Assembly (NCBI RefSeq): GCF_000023965.1
Contig: NC_013202.1
Span: forward strand, 2,910,001-2,942,000
From: Halomicrobium mukohataei DSM 12286
GTDB taxonomy: Archaea; Halobacteriota; Halobacteria; Halobacteriales; Haloarculaceae
DNA: 32,000 bases
Reading direction: 5' to 3'
The notes below the pieces were generated by a model that ran no database searches, was not told the origin of the DNA, and saw only the letters and a program-made list of their open reading frames with translations. The translations under genes and the position numbers were made by a program. Of the stretch, positions 25,159 through 32,000 are shown in pieces (the stretch's first letter is position 1; the number at the start of each line of letters is the position of its first letter).

Positions 25159-26328
25159 TCAGATGTCGCCGGCCATCGCGTCGAACAGGTGCCCCTTGAA
25201 GTCGGTCATCGCGACGCCGCTTCCCGGTCCGATCCCGTTCATGTGATCGATCGAGAGCTGGCCCCCGCCCATCCGGGCGTGGCCGCCCGCCGACCCCATC
25301 GGAATGTCGTCGACGACCGTCTGGAGGACGTTACCCATGTGGACGCGGTCGTCGCGCGAGCGCCCGGAGAGGTGCAGCGTGTCCTCTTTGCGCCCCATCA
25401 CGACGACCGCCGTCACGCCCTCCAGTCGGAGCAGTTCGTCGGCAGCCTGTGGAATCGCGTCCACGTTCGAGACCGCGCCCACGTCGCTGATCGCGAAGGC
25501 GTTCTTGATCTGGCGGTCGGTGATCGCACGGGCTTTCACGTCCAGGACCTCGGCGTCGACCTGTGGGTTCGCGATTCTGTCGAGCAGGTCTTCGTCGATC
25601 CCGTCGTAGAGGTACTCGGCCGCAGAGAACTCCGCGGACGAACACCCCTTCGTGAGCTGTTTCGTGTCTGACTGGATGCCGTATAGCAGCCCGGTCGCGA
25701 CCTGTTGGTCGATCTGGTTGTCGTCGGCCGTCGCGTCGCCGTCGGCCAGTTCCCAGTCGAGAGTCTCGAAGTACTCGGCGAAGATCGTCGCACAGGCACC
25801 GTAGCCGGTGCGAACGTCGGACAGCTCCGACCCCTCGCCGCCGCCGGGATGGTGGTCGATCACGGCGATCGGATCGATGCTCTCCGCGCCGGGGAACCCA
25901 CGCGCCTCGTTGTGATCGACCAGGACGACCTCGCTCTCTTGTAGCTGTCCGGCCTTCTCGATGCGATCGAAGTCCAGATCCAGAACGGTCTGAAACGCGC
26001 GGTTTTCCTGATGGCGAATCTGTCCGGGGTAGTACAGCGTCGGCGACGAACCGGCCTGCGTCGCCAGCCTGTCGACGGCCAGCGCACTCGACATCGCGTC
26101 CGGATCGGGATTCGGATGCATCAACACGGCGACCTCGTCGGTCGACGCCAGCAGTCGCTGGAAGCGTTCGGCCGGCGACCGGCGGAGTCTGTCGATCGCG
26201 AGGCGAACCCCGACGAGAAAGACGAGGATCCCGACGACCACGAGCGCGGCCACCAGCGGCGATTCACGCGCGAACACGGTGACGCTATCGACGACTCGCT
26301 GGAGGCCACCCACTTGCCAGATCGGCAT
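25159..26328 (-). CDS. DHH/DHHA1-family phosphoesterase with an N-terminal membrane anchor (389 aa)
   Basis: Start at ATG 26328 (MPIWQV...), supported by a TATA at 26354-26361. TM segment SPLVAALVVVGILVFLVGV. DHH motifs HPNPDPDAMSS, LVDHN and IDHHP. DHHA1 motif GGHARMGGG. Confidence 0.85.
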   Translation of the reverse strand: MPIWQVGGLQRVVDSVTVFARESPLVAALVVVGILVFLVGVRLAIDRLRRSPAERFQRLLASTDEVAVLMHPNPDPDAMSSALAVDRLATQAGSSPTLYYPGQIRHQENRAFQTVLDLDFDRIEKAGQLQESEVVLVDHNEARGFPGAESIDPIAVIDHHPGGGEGSELSDVRTGYGACATIFAEYFETLDWELADGDATADDNQIDQQVATGLLYGIQSDTKQLTKGCSSAEFSAAEYLYDGIDEDLLDRIANPQVDAEVLDVKARAITDRQIKNAFAISDVGAVSNVDAIPQAADELLRLEGVTAVVVMGRKEDTLHLSGRSRDDRVHMGNVLQTVVDDIPMGSAGGHARMGGGQLSIDHMNGIGPGSGVAMTDFKGHLFDAMAGDI

Positions 26329-26353
26329 ACGGACGCAGTTTTCAGCGTCACCG

Positions 26354-26361
26354 GATAAGAA
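26354..26361 (-). promoter_or_regulatory. TATA-like element (TTCTTATC on the minus strand) for the DHH gene
   Basis: 26-33 nt upstream of ATG 26328. It lies inside the N-terminal extension of track ORF 25159..26589, which argues against that extension. Confidence 0.4.
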
Positions 26362-26389
26362 GGTTCCCCTGACCTGATACGTGTGACGG

Positions 26390-27283
26390 TCAGTTCGCGG
26401 CCCGGTAGCGCTCGATCGCGTCGCGGTACCCCGACCGGAAGGTCGGATGGGCGAACTCGTAGCCCAGCGAGTGCAGTCGGTCGTTCGAGCAGCGCTTGCT
26501 CGTCTGGATCCGGCGACGCGCGGTCTCCGAGAGGTCGTCGTCCGCGAGGCGCTCGGCCGTGGTTCGTTTGGGTGGCTCCGCGACGCCACACTCGTCGGCC
26601 AGCCAGTCGGCGAAGGCCCACTTCGAGACCGGTTCGTCGTCGACGACCAGCACGGTCTCGTCCCGAGCCACTCCCTCGCGGAGGAGGAACGCGACCGCGC
26701 CCGCCGCGTCCGCGCGGTGAACCATGTTCAGGTACCCCTCGGTGACGGGGCCGTCGAGGTACCGCTCCAGGCGGTACCGGTCGGGGCCGTACAGTCCGGC
26801 AAAGCGGGCGACGGTCCCGTCGATGCCGCGGTCCAGTGCCCGCTCTCTGGCGATGCGCTCGGCCTCGGCGAGGACCCGCGTCTTGTCGGTCTGGGGGTCG
26901 AGCGGCGTCGTTTCGTCGACCCAGTCGCCGTCGTGGTCGCCGTACACGCCCGTACTGGACGTGTACACGAGCCGCGCTGGCGGATCGTCGCGCGCTCCGA
27001 AGTGGTCGATCACCGTCTGGAGGCCCTCGACGTACACCCGGCGCGCCGCGTCGGCTCCCCGCCCGCCGGAACTGGCAGCGAAGACGACCGCGTCTACGTC
27101 GGGGACGGCAGCGAGGTCGTCGGCGTCGGTCACGTCGGCCCGGACCGCCGTGCCACCGGCGTCCTCGATCGCCGCCGCGGCGTCTGGAGAGCGGCGCACA
27201 CCGACCACGTCGTGGCCCGCGTCGGTCAGCTGGCGACAGAGAGCCAGCCCGACGTAGCCACAGCCGAGGATGGCGACCCGCAT
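26390..27283 (-). CDS. NAD(P)-dependent SDR-family epimerase/dehydratase-like oxidoreductase
   Basis: N-terminal Rossmann motif MRVAILGCGYVGLAL. 297 aa. The start lies 3 nt after the upstream stop (TGA CCG ATG). Confidence 0.85.
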   Translation of the reverse strand: MRVAILGCGYVGLALCRQLTDAGHDVVGVRRSPDAAAAIEDAGGTAVRADVTDADDLAAVPDVDAVVFAASSGGRGADAARRVYVEGLQTVIDHFGARDDPPARLVYTSSTGVYGDHDGDWVDETTPLDPQTDKTRVLAEAERIARERALDRGIDGTVARFAGLYGPDRYRLERYLDGPVTEGYLNMVHRADAAGAVAFLLREGVARDETVLVVDDEPVSKWAFADWLADECGVAEPPKRTTAERLADDDLSETARRRIQTSKRCSNDRLHSLGYEFAHPTFRSGYRDAIERYRAAN

Positions 27284-27286
27284 CGG

Positions 27287-27721
27287 TCACCCCTCGCGCT
27301 GGGCGATGAACTGGTGGAGCAGGGCGTACTCCGCGACGGTCATCGGAAACCGGCCCTCGACCTTCTGCTGAATCTCCTTCGGTTCGAGCTGGCCGTCGAT
27401 ACCCGACGCGAGCGTTTCCACGTCGAGGACCGCCGTCGTCATCCCCATCAGGAGGATGTCCCGCGCGTCCGCGGCGATCGTGTCGGCGTGAGGACGGTCC
27501 TCGTCGAGCGCCAGGATCGCCGCGGCCTCGGTGAGTTCGATATCCGGGGAGGCACCGTCGAGCAACGCCGTGATCCGGTCTCGGTTCAGCGGCGTCTCGT
27601 CGACGGCCCGGTCGACGCCGACGGATTCGACGGTCTCGGACAGCCGCGTCTCGTAGGCCCGCCGGAGAGTCTCTGGTGACTGCTCGCCCGCGTCCTCGAA
27701 TTCGCCTCTGATCATACACAC
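27287..27721 (-). CDS. hypothetical acidic cytoplasmic protein (144 aa from GTG 27721, or 142 aa from ATG 27715)
   Basis: ORF with good G/C third-position bias and no TM segment (MIRGEFEDAGEQSPETLRRAYETRL...). No family securely recognised. Confidence 0.7.
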   Translation of the reverse strand: MCMIRGEFEDAGEQSPETLRRAYETRLSETVESVGVDRAVDETPLNRDRITALLDGASPDIELTEAAAILALDEDRPHADTIAADARDILLMGMTTAVLDVETLASGIDGQLEPKEIQQKVEGRFPMTVAEYALLHQFIAQREG

Positions 27722-27748
27722 CCTACAGGACGGGCCTACAAGTCAGTG

Positions 27749-30700
27749 TCACTCCGGCCCCGGATCGGGCCACCCCTCCGACTCCTCGATCGCGACGCCG
27801 TTGGTGTCGCCGACGCCGGTCTTGCCCGGCGGCACGACGACGAGGACCGTCGCCGTGGCCTCGAAGTCGACGCGGGTTGACCGGCCGATCCGCTCGGGAG
27901 ACCCGTCGTCGTCGACGTCGAGGCTGACGTTCTCGCCGTCCCTGGCGTAGACGAACTCGCCGCCGGGCGTCGTCGGCCGCCCCTGGGAGACGCGCACGCC
28001 GAAGCGGGCGTACTCGCCACGGACCGTGACGTGCCAGACGTTCGTCGTGGCGTACCACGAGCCGGGCACGGGTGCCAGCGGGAGTCCGGACGGCATCGCC
28101 TCGAACGTGTCGTTCACCACCGCGCCGTAGCCGCGCTTCGTGGCCCGTTCCGCACCGGCGGCAGCGGCCTCCCGAGCCAGCTCCCGCGCGACCGTCTGCG
28201 TGCGCGATCGGCTCGCGTCGACGGCGTCGGTGTCCGGTCGCCCGCCCGGCTCCCGTAACGCCGCGCGACGCGTGGCGTTCAGTCGAATGGCGAGCCGGTC
28301 GCGTGCAGCCACCGAGAGGTCGGTCCGCCGGCCGGCGAGAGCGACGAGTCGACGGCTGACCGAGCCGTTCGCCAGCGCCAGGGCCCGATCGTGGGTCGTC
28401 TGCCACGGCGCGAGCGCGTCTCGAAGCATCGCCTCGCGCTCGCTGGCACTGCCGGCGACGGCCCGTCGGGACAGCACCGACCGCTGGCCGTCGATCACGT
28501 GCTCGTTCGCCGACGCGACTTCTCGGCGGAGGGCGTCGCGTTCGCGGGTCAGCGCCGAGACGTTCTCGGCGTGGCGTTCGGGTCGGCGCGCGTCCGCCCG
28601 TCGAACCGCCTCGCCGTCCACAGCAGCGGCGTTCGCCTCGGCGAGGGTCGCGTTGGTCGCGTTCAACGTCCGGGCCGCCGTGTCGAGTCTGACCCCCGAT
28701 CGATCGCCGAACAGACCGTCGACCAGCGAGTCCGAGACGGTCTGGTGGGGTACGGTAAAGACGTTGACGTTGCGCGCGACCAGCGGACGAGAGCTGTTCT
28801 CGATCGCCGGGTCGTCGTCGTGGCTGAGCGAGGCCTGCGTGAGGTAGGCCGGTGCGCCGTCGGCCGTCAGCGCGACCGGCCCGCCGACACCGTCCAGCCG
28901 CGGCTGGCGGTCCGACGGTGGTCGCCCGCGAGCGTCGAGCCCCTCGCGCAGCGTCTCGATCGACGTACCGGCCTCGTCGAGCCGATCGCCGAACGCGTCG
29001 GCCCTGCCACGCCGGTCGTCTGCCCGCGCACGGAGGCGGGCCTGTACGCGATCGAGGTACGCGACCCGGACGGCGATCCGCGCCTTGGTCGCCGCGCCGT
29101 CGTAGCTGGACGGTGCGTCGATCAGCCGCGTCCGCTCTCGCTCGACGGCCCGTGCGAGCGCTGCCGGCGGGTTCGATTCGTACGACCCGACTCGTCCCTG
29201 CCGCACCTCGACGGCGACGGACCGGACCCGTTCTCGGACCCCCATCAGATCGCGATACGCCCACTCGGACGCGTTCGCGGGTACCTCTAGCTCGATCGTG
29301 TGAACGTCGGAGTTCGGCCCGCTGTGGACCGCGTATTCGAGGGCCGCGGACCGGCCGCCCTGGCTGTCGATCAGGCGCTCTCTGGCGCGTTCGCGAGCGT
29401 CGGCGAGGTTCGGTCCCTCCAGGGGGCCGGCACCGCGCTGGTGGGCCCGTCGGATCGGTCGAACGGGAGCCGGCGAGGTGCGGTCGTGACGACCGACGAC
29501 CGCGAGGGTGACGGTCTGTCGACTCGTGCCCGTCCTGTCGGTGGTCCTCCGCTGGACCTCGACGCTCCCGTTTGGCCCCGCGACCTGGCGCTCCCAGACC
29601 CCCACCGCTCGCTCCGTGACGACCGTCTCTCGCCCGTAGGTCTCGAACTCGTGCCAGCCGTCGGGGATCGGCGGCGGCGCGACGGACACGTTTCGGTGGC
29701 GGATCGATCGCTCACGGCGCTTGTCGACGCGCGTCCAGTTCGAGCCGGCGGGGCGCGGTGCCGACACGCCGACGTGGCGATCGCCCTCGACGCGGCCGAC
29801 AGTCCGGACCTCGACGCTGTAGGCGTCCCGTATCGTGCTGTCGATGGCACCGTCGTCGAGCACGTCGACGAACGCTCTGTCTGCCGTCTCGTTGACCGCG
29901 ACCTCGCGCCGCTCGTCGGGGCTCGACCGGCGCGGTGGCTCCAGTCCCTCGATGTCGCTCGCCGCTGGCTTCGTCGGTCCGCTCAGAACGGCGTCGGTCA
30001 CGCGCGAGTCGGTCCCTGTGGCGACGGTGAGATCCCGTGCCGCCGTCCGTGCCGCCGCGACCGCGAGCGTGCGACGGCCCCGTGGATCGGCGTGGCCGAT
30101 CGTCTCGCGCTGGAGGTCCAGCAGTGCCTCGTTGGTGACGACGCCCACGTGCTGGTTCGAGACGACGTTGCTGATCGGCACCTCGCCGTACTGGAGGTAG
30201 CCTCGCGACCACGCCAGCGCGTACAGCTGAGTCGTCAGTCGCTGGCTCAATCCTCGCTCCGTCACGCCGGCGTCGAGTCGCCGCTGGTAGGTGCTGACTC
30301 GATCGTGGGCCGCGAGCACCGGCGTCACGACGGTGACAGTCGGAGAGATCGTCGTCCGGGAGCGCACCTGCCCGCCACGGTGGGTACGGACCGTCACGTT
30401 CTCGACGGTCACCCGGATCGCGGTGCCGTCGTCGTCTGCCCGCTGGATTGTCACGCGGTCGATGGCGGCGCGGCGCTTGGCCCGCGTCTCCGTCGAGGGC
30501 AGCGAGACCGAGCCGGTGACCTCGCCACGACGGACCGCGACCCGAGAGAGGCGGTCGCGGGCCCGCAGGTAGATCCGGAGCCGGAGCGCGTCGCGAAACG
30601 CCGTCTCTTCGTCGAGAAGGCGACCGGCGGCGGTGTCTGCCGGATCGACGACGGGGTCCGCTGCGGCCGCCCGGCTGGCGGTCGTCACGGCCTCGCGCAG

Positions 30701-30856
30701 TTCCGTCTGTGCGGTCGCAGTCGTCCGTTCAGTGACCACCTCGGTCTCGCTGTCGGACGGAAGCGATCCCGGATCGATCGTCGTCGCCAGCGTCGCGCTG
30801 CTGACGAGCAGGAGGACGCCGATCAGTGCGAACGGCACGCGGCCGCGATCGTCCAT
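27749..30856 (-). CDS. large (1035 aa) N-terminally anchored, sequon-rich hypothetical protein
   Basis: ATG 30856 overlaps the upstream stop (TGATG); the alternative GTG at 30868 adds 4 aa. The N-terminus MDDRGRVPFALIGVLLLVSSATLATT is a short charged stretch followed by one hydrophobic helix. By my count 14 of about 26 Asn lie in N-x-S/T sequons. No enzymatic motif recognised. Strong G/C third-position bias, unlike the overlapping Arg/Gly/Pro-rich shadow ORFs. Confidence 0.75.
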   Translation of the reverse strand: MDDRGRVPFALIGVLLLVSSATLATTIDPGSLPSDSETEVVTERTTATAQTELREAVTTASRAAAADPVVDPADTAAGRLLDEETAFRDALRLRIYLRARDRLSRVAVRRGEVTGSVSLPSTETRAKRRAAIDRVTIQRADDDGTAIRVTVENVTVRTHRGGQVRSRTTISPTVTVVTPVLAAHDRVSTYQRRLDAGVTERGLSQRLTTQLYALAWSRGYLQYGEVPISNVVSNQHVGVVTNEALLDLQRETIGHADPRGRRTLAVAAARTAARDLTVATGTDSRVTDAVLSGPTKPAASDIEGLEPPRRSSPDERREVAVNETADRAFVDVLDDGAIDSTIRDAYSVEVRTVGRVEGDRHVGVSAPRPAGSNWTRVDKRRERSIRHRNVSVAPPPIPDGWHEFETYGRETVVTERAVGVWERQVAGPNGSVEVQRRTTDRTGTSRQTVTLAVVGRHDRTSPAPVRPIRRAHQRGAGPLEGPNLADARERARERLIDSQGGRSAALEYAVHSGPNSDVHTIELEVPANASEWAYRDLMGVRERVRSVAVEVRQGRVGSYESNPPAALARAVERERTRLIDAPSSYDGAATKARIAVRVAYLDRVQARLRARADDRRGRADAFGDRLDEAGTSIETLREGLDARGRPPSDRQPRLDGVGGPVALTADGAPAYLTQASLSHDDDPAIENSSRPLVARNVNVFTVPHQTVSDSLVDGLFGDRSGVRLDTAARTLNATNATLAEANAAAVDGEAVRRADARRPERHAENVSALTRERDALRREVASANEHVIDGQRSVLSRRAVAGSASEREAMLRDALAPWQTTHDRALALANGSVSRRLVALAGRRTDLSVAARDRLAIRLNATRRAALREPGGRPDTDAVDASRSRTQTVARELAREAAAAGAERATKRGYGAVVNDTFEAMPSGLPLAPVPGSWYATTNVWHVTVRGEYARFGVRVSQGRPTTPGGEFVYARDGENVSLDVDDDGSPERIGRSTRVDFEATATVLVVVPPGKTGVGDTNGVAIEESEGWPDPGPE

Positions 30857-31734
30857 CACGGCGACCACGTCCTGACGACGATTCGTACCTCGCCCGTCGA
30901 GACGGCGCGGGCCGTGGCCGCCGGTGTCTCGAACCGGTCGCGCATGTCGGCGGCGAACCGGTCGGCCAGCGCAGCCGTGAGCCGGGCGTTCGTCGCTTCA
31001 ACGGAGCCGTTCTCCAGGTCCAGAGCCGGTGCGTCGGTGAGCCTGGCGACGCGGCGGTAGCGGTGGGCCGCCAGCGTGTCGGCCGGCGCGTCCCCACGGA
31101 GCGCGACGCGGCTCTCGGCGGGCGAGAAGAACCCCTCGACGACCGCCGCCGCGACCACGCGCGCAACGCCGTCCGTGCCGTCGGTCCGGGCAGCCTCGCG
31201 TGCGCGTTCGTTCGCTGGCTCGATGCCGCTGTCGACGGTGAGTCGAGCCGCACGCACGTCGGCCCTCGCGGGCGGCGTCGGTCCGGCGTGGATGCGACCG
31301 CCCAGGGGCGCACCGTCGTAGGGTTCCCAGACGGCCGTGACGCCGACGGCGGTCGCGCGACGGTGGACGGCAGCGCGGGTCTCGTTGCGAACCGCTCGCT
31401 CGAATCCGCCGCCGGCAGGGGCGATTCGCTCGCCGTCGAGCGTCGCGGCGGTCCGCGTGGCTGCCGCGAGGAGCCCGGCGACCGTCCCGTGTGCCGTCCG
31501 GTCGAAGTCGGCGCTGTGGCCGTAGCTGACTCCGTCGCTGTGGTTGTTTCGCGGCGTCAGTGCGTAGTCGACGCCGACGGTGGTGGTCGCCAGCGAGGTC
31601 GCCGTCTCGTCGGCGTGGTCGTCCCCCGAGGGCGGCGCGTCGAGACCACCTGTCCCGGCGACGAGCGTCCCGACGGCACCCCCGAGCAGGAGGAGGAACA
31701 GCGTCGTATCGACGACGGTACTGATCGCTCTCAT
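30856..31734 (-). CDS. hypothetical N-terminally anchored protein (292 aa)
   Basis: Internal ATG 31734 of track ORF 30856..31848, overlapping the upstream stop (ATGA). The N-terminus MRAISTVVDTTLFLLLLGGAVGTLVAG is pilin-like or a signal anchor. 3 sequons. Confidence 0.7.
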   Translation of the reverse strand: MRAISTVVDTTLFLLLLGGAVGTLVAGTGGLDAPPSGDDHADETATSLATTTVGVDYALTPRNNHSDGVSYGHSADFDRTAHGTVAGLLAAATRTAATLDGERIAPAGGGFERAVRNETRAAVHRRATAVGVTAVWEPYDGAPLGGRIHAGPTPPARADVRAARLTVDSGIEPANERAREAARTDGTDGVARVVAAAVVEGFFSPAESRVALRGDAPADTLAAHRYRRVARLTDAPALDLENGSVEATNARLTAALADRFAADMRDRFETPAATARAVSTGEVRIVVRTWSP

Positions 31735-32000
31735 CGCCACACCGCCACCCGGAGACGGGCCGCGTCGACGTGGGCCGGCCTCGTCCGGACGCTCACCCGC
31801 TCGCTCGCGGTCCCAGCGTCGTCTGGGGCGACCGGTCCCGCCTGCCACTGCCGGCCGTCGGCGGTCACGCTCACGTTCGTGTGATAGCCCGACGGACCCG
31901 CGTCGACGGCGTCGGAGACTCGTCGGGGCTCGACGACGCCAGCGGGCGCGAGGTGATCGTCGACCGCGGCAAGTGTCGTCTCGGGCAGTTCTCGCTCGCG
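31731..32000 (-). CDS. 3' end (89 codons) of a further hypothetical gene in the same operon (partial; start lies outside the window)
   Basis: My own translation of the minus strand from 32000: RERELPETTLAAVDDHLAPAGVVEPRRVSDAVDAGPSGYHTNVSVTADGRQWQAGPVAPDDAGTASERVSVRTRPAHVDAARLRVAVWR-stop. It is an open frame with mostly G/C-ending codons, and the stop TGA at 31731-31733 overlaps the next ATG. Not in the ORF track because no start lies in the window. Confidence 0.45.
   Translation of the reverse strand, partial: RERELPETTLAAVDDHLAPAGVVEPRRVSDAVDAGPSGYHTNVSVTADGRQWQAGPVAPDDAGTASERVSVRTRPAHVDAARLRVAVWR

Noticed and set aside
26329-26589. 87-codon N-terminal extension of the DHH gene ORF
   Set aside because: The extension overlaps the SDR gene 3' end and contains the TATA-like element at 26354-26361. 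Its composition is Arg/Ser/Thr-rich and unlike the rest of the protein.
26121-29264. 532-aa (26121..27719) and 513-aa (27723..29264) minus-strand ORFs
   Set aside because: They are out of frame with the SDR, acidic-protein and 1035-aa genes. They are extremely Arg/Gly/Pro-rich (RRRGRR-type runs), whereas the chosen frames show G/C third-position bias and normal haloarchaeal amino-acid composition.
30857-30868. GTG start at 30868 for the 1035-aa gene (MVAVMDD...)
   Set aside because: It cannot be excluded. I prefer ATG 30856, which overlaps the upstream stop by one nt (TGATG) as in the other coupled junction. The difference is only 4 residues.
29300-31884. 586-aa (29300..31060) and 352-aa (30826..31884) plus-strand ORFs
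   Set aside because: They are antisense to the 1035-aa and 292-aa genes, Arg/Asp/Gly-rich and without motifs. I kept the minus-strand frames because of codon bias, the N-terminal hydrophobic helices and the coupled stop/start overlaps.

Overview
Very GC-rich archaeal chromosomal segment (about two-thirds G+C by eye, not computed; G/C-ending codons dominate). It most likely comes from a haloarchaeon (class Halobacteria). The evidence is acidic proteins, a TFB gene, the archaeal ADH-synthase/DHQ-synthase-II route to aromatic amino acids, an Htr-type transducer, and A/T-rich hexamers 24-33 nt upstream of most start codons (leaderless mRNAs). I call 32 protein-coding genes (one partial), densely packed on both strands. 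I recognise no rRNA, tRNA, CRISPR array, transposase or integrase. Gene order, plus-strand block: small membrane protein; ABC-2 exporter (ATPase + permease); HAD hydrolase (minus strand); 388-aa orphan protein; HhH-tailed radical SAM protein; AglD-like GT2/polytopic-membrane fusion; TFB; sensor-less MCP signalling-domain protein; beta-class SPPY DNA methyltransferase (Zim-like); aroD; Zn-ribbon membrane protein. Then on the minus strand trpC-trpB-trpA-aroA'-aroB'. Next come a Cys-less MGMT/ATL-like protein, an RHH-UPF0175 / DUF3368-PIN-like toxin-antitoxin pair, a small membrane protein, and a 161-bp tandem repeat array that reiterates the 3' end of aspS. These are followed by aspS, a GpgS-like glycosyltransferase, an MFS transporter, a Zn-finger microprotein, an aldo/keto reductase, a membrane-anchored DHH/DHHA1 phosphoesterase, an SDR epimerase and an acidic 142-144-aa protein. 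At the right edge is a translationally coupled operon that runs off the window. It encodes N-terminally anchored, N-glycosylation-sequon-rich proteins, including a 1035-aa giant with no domain I can recognise. This operon is my best candidate for an uncharacterised cell-surface (possibly pilus/Tad-like) system. Most of the rest is core housekeeping. Secondary curiosities are the aspS-end repeat array, the Cys-to-Asp MGMT homologue, strong CTAG depletion next to the Zim-like methylase, a perfect 43-bp tandem/inverted repeat between convergent genes, and the 388-aa orphan. Many long ORFs in the six-frame track are GC-driven shadows of the real genes and are rejected.
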